Of a stretch of DNA of 41,985 nucleotides, positions 1 through 7,815 are shown piece after piece. A model generated the notes under the pieces. The model was not told the DNA's origin. It did not search any database and saw only the letters and a program-made list of their open reading frames with translations. A program made the translations under genes and the position numbers. The stretch's first letter is position 1. Each line of letters begins with the position of its first letter. Origin of the DNA: Candidatus Sericytochromatia bacterium (GTDB taxonomy: Bacteria; Cyanobacteriota; Sericytochromatia; S15B-MN24; JAQBPE01); contig JBBAPZ010000010.1 of the NCBI GenBank assembly GCA_040400605.1, positions 74,714 through 116,698 of the forward strand, read 5' to 3'.

Positions 1-186
1 TCCTTGTACAGCGCTAGCGGGTTTTGGCGTTGCTGACGCACTCGGAGACGCACTCACTGTCGCTGGTGCCTTGGAAGACTTGATACGCCCTTCGGGCGTG
101 ATCGCCACTTTGGTATTGGCCGGACATCCCGTGACACTGATGAGCAGCAGTGTCGTCAGTGAAAAAAAACGAAAAGGGTGTCGCAT
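1..186 (-). CDS. Partial lipoprotein (N-terminal 62 aa, runs off the window edge); probable positional counterpart of the NHL protein at 13598-14929
   Basis: Not in the ORF track. Manual translation from ATG 186 gives MRHPFRFFSLTTLLLISVTGC-PANTKVAITPEGRIKSSKAPATVSASPSASATPKP. It has a lipobox (VTGC), an S/A/P-rich linker and a GGAGG RBS at 197-201. It follows the small lipoprotein, as the NHL gene does in copy 2. Confidence 0.8.
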   Translation of the reverse strand, partial: MRHPFRFFSLTTLLLISVTGCPANTKVAITPEGRIKSSKAPATVSASPSASATPKPASAVQG

Positions 187-217
187 ATCGGTGATGCCTC
201 CTGTAAACAATCAGTGA

Positions 218-688
218 TTAAAAGGGTTGGTTGCGTTCAAGTTGAATTCTGGCTTCCGCTTGTGTTCCGGGGAGCAGTGTAATGTGCGGCAAACGTTTCA
301 GCTCGTCCGAACTCAGAACGAACAGGTAGTCTTCCGATACGATTTGCTTGATTTTAGCGACCTTTGTCGTACCCGCTTCGACGGGAATCCGGAATTCGAG
401 TGGTTGGTGAGGGCCTTGCCATGCATAGGCGCGACTCAAGCGCTGGCTTCCATCGACTTCGGTGATCACGAACAACTGCTCAAAGTCACCTTGTCCAACG
501 AATGTATGCCGTGGCAAACTCACCCACAAACGCAAGATCGCGCTCGTTTCCGCACTTGCCGTTGCATCGTTGATGCGCCAGCTTGAATCCAACGTCGTGA
601 CGCCGGATAAAGGTTGCGTTGGATATGATGCCTGGCAGCCCAGAAGTCCGTACCAAATAGTCGCCACAATGAAAAGGTGCTGCTTCAC
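218..688 (-). CDS. Small beta-rich lipoprotein of unknown function (module copy 1)
   Basis: Lipobox LLGC; GTG start with an AGGAAG-like RBS. Paralog of 14963-15460 (shared SLPxHxF, IVSxDYLF, LxRL and a terminal NQP). Confidence 0.85.
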   Translation of the reverse strand: MKQHLFIVATIWYGLLGCQASYPTQPLSGVTTLDSSWRINDATASAETSAILRLWVSLPRHTFVGQGDFEQLFVITEVDGSQRLSRAYAWQGPHQPLEFRIPVEAGTTKVAKIKQIVSEDYLFVLSSDELKRLPHITLLPGTQAEARIQLERNQPF

Positions 689-698
689 GCTGTCTTCC

Positions 699-2087
699 TC
701 ACAGACGGTCCGGTGTTAATGCCTTATCTACGTTGATGCGACCGAAACCGTAACTCCAGTCTCGCCCCGGCGGCCCCAGATCATCCACGGACGCCAACAG
801 ATGCTGGCGTACTTTATCGACCATCGCCGCAGCACGCTCTGGGGAAGCCAGTGACGCATGACCGGGATCGTACTTGGCAAAAACCAGGGCTGCGACGCCT
901 GCCACAAACGGTGCCGCTTCCGATGTGCCGGAGACGTATGTGTAGCCCGGCGTCAGGTTGCCGCCGATGATGCTGGCCGTCGTTGGAACGGTGGTGAAAA
1001 TACCGCCACCCGGCGCCACGAGGTCCAGGCGGGGACCATAGTTTGAATTGGCATAAGCCAGTTCAAAATTGAGGTGATAGGTCGTTGCTCCCACCGCGAC
1101 GCAATAAGGCGTATTTGCTGGCGATGATACGACGCTGGTGCCTTCGTTGCCGCTCGACGCGACAACCAGGACGCCACGTGTACGCGCGTAAGCGATCGCC
1201 TCGGCGTAAAGCGGATGCACACCCCCGGTATTTTCACCCAGGCTCATGTTGATTACCCGCACCCGGGTTGCACCAACCGTCTGGTTATCCAAGGCATGTT
1301 TGATGCCTGCGATGACATCCCCCAGTACAAAGCCATTGTCATTGTTGTCAGCCTTGATCGGCATCATCCGCACTTCCGGCGCCACACCGGCAATACCCTT
1401 GCCATTGTTGGCACTCGCACCAATGATGCCCGCCGTCACCGTACCGTGTCCGACAACATCGTCCAGCTTGTCTCGCCCGAAACGATTGCTGCCTACATTG
1501 CGCCCGGGTAAAAGTCGACCAGTGAGCTCTTCGTGATTCGGATCAATTCCGGTATCAATGATGGCCACCGCAACTTGCCCTTGATTCACCCCATTTAGCC
1601 GTTCCCACGCCAGTGTTGCTTGGGTAAAGGCGCTTTGCATGCCCCATTGACGCTCAAAATAGGGATCGTTGGGATCGGCATGGGGGCGAGCGATTCGGGT
1701 TGTGTAAACGGCTTGGACATCCTCACGCTCGGCGAGTTGCCGGCGTGTTTGAATGGGGTCAAACGAATCTTTAACCATGACATCCAGCGTGGTACGCCCA
1801 TTCATGCTGAGATCGTGAACCAATTCGACACCCAATTGCCGCGCGGCAGCCAACCAGTTCTCACGCGATGTTTCTTGTGTCAGCGTCACAATCAACCGGC
1901 GCGGCACAACCACAGCAGCCGCGGCTTTTGTTGGCGCAACGGTTTGGTTTTGTGACTGGAGCGGCACGACCGCCTGGTTGGGGCTATCAGGCTTGACGAT
2001 GGAAATTGAGGGATCCGCCTGGCAAGATTGCAGCGTGACAGCACCCGATAAAAGTACACCGATCATGATTGGATGCCAGCGATTCAT
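699..2087 (-). CDS. Lipoprotein subtilisin-like serine protease (S8A) with prodomain (copy 1)
   Basis: Catalytic motifs IIDTG, HGT, ASSGN and GTSEAAP; PNDP at the probable mature start. Start reassigned from 2219 to ATG 2087, which overlaps the upstream stop (ATGA) and gives signal MNRWHPIMIGVLLSGAVTLQSC. Confidence 0.93.
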   Translation of the reverse strand: MNRWHPIMIGVLLSGAVTLQSCQADPSISIVKPDSPNQAVVPLQSQNQTVAPTKAAAAVVVPRRLIVTLTQETSRENWLAAARQLGVELVHDLSMNGRTTLDVMVKDSFDPIQTRRQLAEREDVQAVYTTRIARPHADPNDPYFERQWGMQSAFTQATLAWERLNGVNQGQVAVAIIDTGIDPNHEELTGRLLPGRNVGSNRFGRDKLDDVVGHGTVTAGIIGASANNGKGIAGVAPEVRMMPIKADNNDNGFVLGDVIAGIKHALDNQTVGATRVRVINMSLGENTGGVHPLYAEAIAYARTRGVLVVASSGNEGTSVVSSPANTPYCVAVGATTYHLNFELAYANSNYGPRLDLVAPGGGIFTTVPTTASIIGGNLTPGYTYVSGTSEAAPFVAGVAALVFAKYDPGHASLASPERAAAMVDKVRQHLLASVDDLGPPGRDWSYGFGRINVDKALTPDRL

Positions 2088-3334
2088 AAGCGATAACCCT
2101 CCACGACCGGAAGCGCCGTGCGTGACACACCGATGCCACCTATCGCCCATAACTCTCCGCGGTGAGCAACCAGTGCCAACAGCGCCCGAGCGGTGGGAAG
2201 ATCCGGTAGGCGCTCCCACTTTGCATCCTTACGTTGGGTATTGAAAGACCAGAAGGTTTTTTGCAGGGTACCACCTTCGCTCACGCCCCCGACCAGGTAG
2301 ATGACGCCATTGTTCGCTGTGGCGGCGGCGGAATGACGACCTTCCGGCAAATCCACCCCGGTGGTCCAATTATTGGCGTCCAGATCATAAACTTGAACCT
2401 GTTTCAACGCTTTGTTCGGCGTGCGCGGATCATAACCTCCCAACACATACAGACGTTTGTCAACGACGGAGGACGCGGCGCCTGCCACTGGTGTCGGCAG
2501 GTTAGGGCCCGTTCGGACAGCATCAGGACCTGTTTTGAGCAAATCGATGAGATCCACGCGAGGCAGGGCTCCCGCACTGGCTTCATACACTCCCCCCGCG
2601 ACCACGAAGACATGATCCAACACACCGCCTGCCGGCGCCCGTCGGGGCCTGCTGAGGTTATATGAGCCCCCGTCAGGGCGGCCCTGTGAAAAACCGCTCA
2701 CCTGATAACGCAACAATTCGGTTCGACCCGATCCGCCATCCGGGTTGAAATCGCCCCTGAATCCCCCTGCCGTCCACAACTCGTTGTTATTGAACACACC
2801 ACCTGCACTTAACCACAGACCATATCCCAGCCTGTCTCCACTACCGCTGGTTCCTTTTTCATCATAATTGTCATTGAGTACCCACGAAGGTGCCTGTCTG
2901 TCTGTGCGACCGAAGGCTTCCATCGACGGCCGATGCTCCCCTTCAACGGCAATCAGCACATCATCGACCACCCCTGCCTGCAACCCCGCTCGCCCTCGGT
3001 TTAATGCCGGTTTGACCGTCCACATGCCACTGGGACCCCGAAAATCGAAATCAAAAAAGGGATTCACTTGCGACAAAGGCCCGGTTGACTCGGTGGTGGT
3101 CGGTGTCAAACCACTGACAATCGGAATTGGCCGAAAAGAACCCCACTGCGTTCCCCCGGACGCGCCAGCGACGGGTGCGCCAGACGTTGAAGACGCTGAG
3201 CCGTCACCCCCACCCGATTTGCCTTGGCGTCCCACCGTCACGACCCCCTCGGCGTCCGAGTTGGCGGCAGGTGGCGGGCTCACACAGCTCAACAGCCAGC
3301 CTGTCAACATCAAACAAAGCAAACGTGGCTTCAC
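2084..3334 (-). CDS. Kelch-repeat beta-propeller lipoprotein (Kelch-B, copy 1)
   Basis: Lipobox LLSC and a G/S-rich linker. Kelch motifs LYVLGG..VQVYD..NNW, IYLVGG, LWAIGG. GTGA overlap with the upstream gene. Confidence 0.9.
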   Translation of the reverse strand: MKPRLLCLMLTGWLLSCVSPPPAANSDAEGVVTVGRQGKSGGGDGSASSTSGAPVAGASGGTQWGSFRPIPIVSGLTPTTTESTGPLSQVNPFFDFDFRGPSGMWTVKPALNRGRAGLQAGVVDDVLIAVEGEHRPSMEAFGRTDRQAPSWVLNDNYDEKGTSGSGDRLGYGLWLSAGGVFNNNELWTAGGFRGDFNPDGGSGRTELLRYQVSGFSQGRPDGGSYNLSRPRRAPAGGVLDHVFVVAGGVYEASAGALPRVDLIDLLKTGPDAVRTGPNLPTPVAGAASSVVDKRLYVLGGYDPRTPNKALKQVQVYDLDANNWTTGVDLPEGRHSAAATANNGVIYLVGGVSEGGTLQKTFWSFNTQRKDAKWERLPDLPTARALLALVAHRGELWAIGGIGVSRTALPVVEGYRL

Positions 3335-5115
3335 GGAATCAACTCCTCCACCTCATCGATGGGCCAAGGATACCCATCGGGTGAATCGCCCAAGACGCCT
3401 CCGGCCACCACGATTCGCTCGGCGTCTGCCAACTTCACAAGCCCTGCAGCCGGATATGAACGGGCGATCTTCAGAGGCGCCCGACGCGTCCATGTATCGG
3501 TGGCCGGGTCATAAACCTCCACGGCGTGACTGGCAACACCCCGCGCTTCTTCGCCACCAATCACCCAGATTTTATCGTTCAACACGACGGAGGCTGCCCC
3601 ATAACGCGGTGTCGGCATGCCATTGATCGATCGCCACTGCCCGATCGCGGGATCCAACACCTGCACCGCGCTAACCGGCGCCAGAGCCGACAAATAACCG
3701 CCAATGGCATACAACTTGTTGCCCACCACACCGGTTGCGGCCGCATTGACGGGTGAGCGTGGCCCCCCGACAACATCACCGTCGAATGCACCCGTCTCGA
3801 TATTGAATCTGGCCATCACGCTTTCACTGCGATCGTTGAAGCCTGTGAGGAAAAGCGTGCTTCCTATTCGCCCACACACCCCATCCGTAAAACTGAAATT
3901 GGCAGGCAAGTCACCCTGGATCACAACATTGCCTGTGTCTTTTTGTTCGATGATGCCCCATTTACGTGAGACCGCCTCATTGAGGTATCCGCCAAAAAAA
4001 TGAATCTTGTTGCCAATCGCGCTAAAGCCCGCGCCGTAAATGGGAAAATTGTTCGGCAAGTTAATAACCGACTTCCACCCCTGTTCACGATTGAAACGCC
4101 AAGCCTGTTGCGCCTGTGCCACACGTGTCACGGCCGGCACAGCGCCTGGTTCATCAGACGGTGCACTAACGCCTCCAATCACCCATAGTCCATCGGACAT
4201 CGTCAAACCCATCCCTCGCCCCAATCGCACGGGCAGACGCACCCCGGGTTGACTTTTTACAAATGAAGGCACGCGATAAGACACTGTTGAACCCGCCCCG
4301 ACCTCCAGACTTGCCTGAATCTCTTGCCAGTCAGGTCCTTTTTCCAACGGTGTGATTGTCAGCGTGCGACCGATTGAACCTGCTAAAACGGGATAAAACT
4401 GGAAGGGTTCACCCCGTTGAACGTAAACGGAACGCGAGGCACCATCATCCAGCGTTAATCGCGTGAGCAATCCTTTGGGATAATCATCAAAGGAAATATT
4501 GACAGTCGCAACGCCGACTGCCCAATCGGAAGCAGGCTTGGGCAAGTCTTTCGATGACTTTCCGGTAATGGCCGCCGCCACGCGCTCCGCAACAATTTGG
4601 CGCGGGGTGACAAGCCCAAGTTGACGCGTCGCATCTTCGACCACGTAACGCATGGTGACAAGATCGAACGTATCGGCATCCGGTGCATTGTTTCGTTTAA
4701 GCGCTTCGTACACCGCTGCGGTGGCTGTGCTCAGATCATTCAAACGCACATTGTTGACGCCACCGTGAATGCTCATGACGTGGCTGAGACGCACCTGACC
4801 CATGGGATTCTTTTTACTGTCCAACCATTCGAGCGTCACCACTTTGCGCTCACCGACCGGCACATTGTCAATGCGCGCCTGTGTGTCATTAAGATTGAGT
4901 TCTGCCCGAAAAGGCGCCTCAGCACTGCCAATGGACATCACACTCAAACGCACGGCATCACCGGCTTCAATCTGTTGCAGTCTACGTGGACCGGAATCGA
5001 GAGCTAACTGCAATGACGCAACCGCGGGAACCAAGCGTGCTGTCTCCCTTTCCCAGGAACAAGCCCCGAGCAGGGTGAATGCGGTTGACCACACCCATAC
5101 GTTTCTTTTAAACAT
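3331..5115 (-). CDS. Lipoprotein with N-terminal beta-sandwich/helical regions and a C-terminal Kelch propeller (Kelch-A, copy 1)
   Basis: Lipobox LGAC from ATG 5115 (TTG 5133 is an alternative start). Kelch repeats LYAIGG, MPTPRYG..IWVIGG..VEVYDP..W. Paralog of 18167-20095 with a shared C-terminus GDSPDGYPxPxDxVEELIP. Confidence 0.9.
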   Translation of the reverse strand: MFKRNVWVWSTAFTLLGACSWERETARLVPAVASLQLALDSGPRRLQQIEAGDAVRLSVMSIGSAEAPFRAELNLNDTQARIDNVPVGERKVVTLEWLDSKKNPMGQVRLSHVMSIHGGVNNVRLNDLSTATAAVYEALKRNNAPDADTFDLVTMRYVVEDATRQLGLVTPRQIVAERVAAAITGKSSKDLPKPASDWAVGVATVNISFDDYPKGLLTRLTLDDGASRSVYVQRGEPFQFYPVLAGSIGRTLTITPLEKGPDWQEIQASLEVGAGSTVSYRVPSFVKSQPGVRLPVRLGRGMGLTMSDGLWVIGGVSAPSDEPGAVPAVTRVAQAQQAWRFNREQGWKSVINLPNNFPIYGAGFSAIGNKIHFFGGYLNEAVSRKWGIIEQKDTGNVVIQGDLPANFSFTDGVCGRIGSTLFLTGFNDRSESVMARFNIETGAFDGDVVGGPRSPVNAAATGVVGNKLYAIGGYLSALAPVSAVQVLDPAIGQWRSINGMPTPRYGAASVVLNDKIWVIGGEEARGVASHAVEVYDPATDTWTRRAPLKIARSYPAAGLVKLADAERIVVAGGVLGDSPDGYPWPIDEVEELIP

Positions 5116-5161
5116 GGCGCTGGCTTTCGTCAAAAAATCACGATCTAGCTGTCATGTACCC

Positions 5162-5201
5162 CGAATGGGTTCGAGATGTGGCAACATCCCAAACCCATTC
5201 G
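5162..5201 (-). other. Strong intergenic RNA hairpin without a U-tract (mRNA stabiliser or attenuator candidate)
   Basis: On the minus strand it forms an 18-bp stem with two G-U pairs and a 4-nt loop (arms CGAATGGGTT/AACCCATTCG and GATGT/ACATC). The G-U pairs become mismatches on the plus strand. Confidence 0.65.
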
Positions 5202-5237
5202 CCATTTTTTGCCGAAGAATTTTCGTTTGGAAAATTC

Positions 5238-7370
5238 TTATTTGCTACTCTGTGCTTCGAGATCGAGATCGAACTCGTACAGGCCATTGCGCTGCAAGCC
5301 CGCATACTTCTTGGTGATGTTATCCGCCGAGGCTTGTGTATTGTAGAGATTGAGATCTTTTGATGTGGGATTGTCATTCCCGTCCAAGTCTCGTACGATT
5401 GCCCGTTTGAATTCCAGCTTAAGCGGGTCATCCGTCTTGACGTGTAGGGGGAATTTCAACGATATGGTGGACTGATTATTGCCCTTGAATTTATAGACAC
5501 GCATAGCGCTTTCGCCTTCTACCTGCAGTTCTAGCTGAATGGTGCTGCTCGCAGGAATCGGCAAATTGGGGCTCTTGACATTAAAGGTCAGATTGGGGCT
5601 CATTTTGCGTAAACGCAACTTGGTCAAGGGATTGGACGACGACGACGTGACCTGTTTGATGTTACCCAAGCCAACCGATGCATCATTGCGCGGATTGGGA
5701 TATACATATCGCGCCTGCATTTCGATTGTGTAATCCGCTTGCACAAAATTTCTCGCTTGGCCCGGATTATCATTTTGGCGTGAACGAACAGGTTGTGGGG
5801 CAGGATCCTCGACGATCTTATCCCACCTGACGACAAAGTTACAGAAACATCCACCTGGCGTGTAGCCTTTTCGCATTGAGTAGTTGCTCGGATCACCTTG
5901 ACCGTTGTAATCCAGGTTGTCAGCAACTTCTTCGAAAATGCCGGGGCTGAACGGACTGCCTTGTTTTGTAATCACTTTGACACTGTTTCCATTTATCACG
6001 GTGTTAAAGTCAACTTCGGATTGCGGCATTCCGACTTTTTTAAAGTTTGCTGTTTTGAATTCGTAAAGCGTGTAATCTTGAGCACCATTTTGTTGAATGC
6101 TGGTCTGGGTGCTATGGATACCCACCCAGCCTTCGCCTGGCATTTTGATGCGCTTGTAAACGCCACCTTGCTTCTCGAGCGACCAATCAGCAAAATTGTT
6201 CTCGTTGAGTGAGCCGGTTACGGTTTTTTCACATTTGTTGCCAGATAGATTGAAACCCGGGGCACATTCTGGATTCCCATTTTGATCAAGGGTTGGATTC
6301 TCGACCAATTTGTGGGTGTAGGAGATTGTGCTGCCTGAGCGGTTGGTGATGGTTGCATCATAGCGTTCCTGAGCGACAGCGTCTGATGGCCATTTTTTTG
6401 TTACCCAGTGAAAACCGGGATTGATGGCCGCCGCCATGACGCGTCCAAAGGTTACGTGAGGATGGCTGATACTGAATTTGCTTCCGGCCGATTCGGGGAT
6501 TTTGCTGCCGTCAAAATCGTTTAATTCGCCGACAGCGAGTTGCTCATCCAATGGTGTATCTGCAAAATAGTCTGCACTGCTGTCATGGTCCGATTGCCAG
6601 CGGCATTCCGCCTCAATTCGATACTTTGGTGGCTCAGCCGGCAACGCCTGCGAACGGTAGTCGCAATACGCCTCAATGCGACTGTCGCGCCGGAATTTGG
6701 CCGGATTTTCCGTCTTGATCGGCGCAAAACCCTCTGTCATCTCACCCCGCCGGGTGTCCGTGGTCTTCGGAGCTAACTCAAGCGGCATCGGCTCCAAACG
6801 CGGCCCGTCGATGCTCATCGTAATATTCCAGTTGCCCTGGGCATCTTGGGACAGGCTGTAACGGTCTGGCGTAAAGTCGGTGTACATGGATTTCAATTCA
6901 TCGACAAAACGCTTGTCCGCCCGCGACGACACGGTAATCTTCGCACCCGGCTTGATATACGCTTTGCCGATGTCCATCTGAAACTTCATGCCAGCAAGGC
7001 GCTGCGCCGTATTCGTTTCTTTCGACGTATCCAACGGAATGAACCGCACATCCGCATCCTCGGACAACGCGCCTGGCGGAATGTTGGCAACCAGCAATCC
7101 ATCGCCAAACACGTATTGCCCGCCCTTCGCCGCGTTTACCCGCATTGGTGGCGCTTGCTCCACAATGTCCACACCGCTCAACGTTCCGGCATTGGTTTCC
7201 TTGGCAGCATCACCAGCAGTTTTGCCAGGACTCAGCCTGTTGGTGATTTGGTTAACCTGATCCTCTGGTGCTCTTGTCAAGGCAGTAGGGGTTTGACAAC
7301 CCGCCAAGACAGCCAGAACCAGCAAGCCAGCAACACTGTTGACACGTTTGCCGCGTTCCAATGATTTCAC
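5238..7370 (-). CDS. Large modular lipoprotein (ZU5-like N-domain, variable central insert, beta-sandwich C-domain), copy 1
   Basis: GTG start with AGGAG RBS; lipobox LAGC. GG..DG...IPPGAL resembles the ZU5 signature. Clear paralog of 11311-13452. Confidence 0.9.
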   Translation of the reverse strand: MKSLERGKRVNSVAGLLVLAVLAGCQTPTALTRAPEDQVNQITNRLSPGKTAGDAAKETNAGTLSGVDIVEQAPPMRVNAAKGGQYVFGDGLLVANIPPGALSEDADVRFIPLDTSKETNTAQRLAGMKFQMDIGKAYIKPGAKITVSSRADKRFVDELKSMYTDFTPDRYSLSQDAQGNWNITMSIDGPRLEPMPLELAPKTTDTRRGEMTEGFAPIKTENPAKFRRDSRIEAYCDYRSQALPAEPPKYRIEAECRWQSDHDSSADYFADTPLDEQLAVGELNDFDGSKIPESAGSKFSISHPHVTFGRVMAAAINPGFHWVTKKWPSDAVAQERYDATITNRSGSTISYTHKLVENPTLDQNGNPECAPGFNLSGNKCEKTVTGSLNENNFADWSLEKQGGVYKRIKMPGEGWVGIHSTQTSIQQNGAQDYTLYEFKTANFKKVGMPQSEVDFNTVINGNSVKVITKQGSPFSPGIFEEVADNLDYNGQGDPSNYSMRKGYTPGGCFCNFVVRWDKIVEDPAPQPVRSRQNDNPGQARNFVQADYTIEMQARYVYPNPRNDASVGLGNIKQVTSSSSNPLTKLRLRKMSPNLTFNVKSPNLPIPASSTIQLELQVEGESAMRVYKFKGNNQSTISLKFPLHVKTDDPLKLEFKRAIVRDLDGNDNPTSKDLNLYNTQASADNITKKYAGLQRNGLYEFDLDLEAQSSK

Positions 7371-7438
7371 GCCGTCACTCCTCTCAAGTGCAACCTTCCA
7401 TTTTGTATGGTCGCTTGAACCCTCTCCTGTTTCTGGTT

Positions 7439-7480
7439 ATACCCATCGCCCATAACATCGCTGGTTAAAATGAAGTTAAA
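7439..7480 (-). promoter_or_regulatory. Conserved upstream motif of large lipoprotein gene 1 (TTAA-N7-TTAACC-N4-ATGTTA-N7-TGGGTAT)
   Basis: The same motif occurs at 13534-13576, upstream of the paralog. Confidence 0.7.
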
Positions 7481-7692
7481 GCATTGAATGGCTACACGTC
7501 AGTGCAATTTTGCGTGATCGCATCCGCTGTCCCGCGAGACTTCCTGATGTGCCAGACTCAGCCATCAGGAGGCTTGATTGTTCGTTTTGGGCGATGCGCC
7601 CTGAGGGTGATGACCTTCGCCGACCGGTGTTGGGATACTGCGACAGACGAGCTGTCCGATCCGTCAATTGGTCGTTTCAAACAAAGGGGCAG

Positions 7693-7722
7693 TTGACGCG
7701 AACGGTTTGCGTCTGCTAAACT
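7693..7722 (+). promoter_or_regulatory. Sigma70-type promoter of the tRNA gene
   Basis: TTGACG (7693-7698), 18-bp spacer, TGn-TAAACT (7717-7722), 11 nt before the tRNA. Confidence 0.7.
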
Positions 7723-7733
7723 GATGCTCGTGC

Positions 7734-7812
7734 GCCCGAGTGGCGGAATGGCAGACGCAGTTGACTCAAAATCAACCGGGAAACCGTGCCAGTTCGACTC
7801 TGGCCTCGGGCA
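7734..7812 (+). tRNA. tRNA-Leu (anticodon CAA), CCA end not encoded
   Basis: Acceptor GCCCGAG/CTCGGGC plus discriminator A; D-loop GGAATGGCAGAC; anticodon stem GTTGA/TCAAC with loop CT-CAA-AA (CAA 7767-7769); short type II variable arm; T-loop TTCGACT. Confidence 0.96.
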
Positions 7813-7815
7813 CTC

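Noticed and set aside
699..2087. Anti-phage protease system or type VII mycosin locus
   Set aside because: The proteases are exported lipoproteins with no partner ATPase, WXG100 or FtsK/EccC gene in the window and no C-terminal TM as in mycosins.
2088..2219. ORF-track N-terminal extensions of both S8 genes (also 16897-17028), and of 13453-13554, 20096-20173, 21143-21181, 22297-22332 and 23001-23057
   Set aside because: They overlap upstream genes or promoter regions. Downstream ATGs give proper signal peptides, RBSs or start-stop overlaps.
2868..3626. Long antisense or alternate-frame ORFs (e.g. 2868-3626 +, 9799-10449 +, 28450-29097 +, 40137-40646 +)
   Set aside because: They are shadows of well-supported genes in GC-rich DNA and show no recognisable motifs.
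5820..6670. Intein/Hint domain in the large lipoproteins (Cys after RIEAY; CxCN later)
   Set aside because: No CF..GT block A, TxxH block B or HN-(C/S/T) terminus. The Cys residues fit disulfides better.
7734..7812. tRNA-Leu as the attachment site of an integrated island carrying the lipoprotein modules
   Set aside because: No integrase and no duplicated tRNA 3' end seen in the window; housekeeping genes flank the tRNA 3' side.
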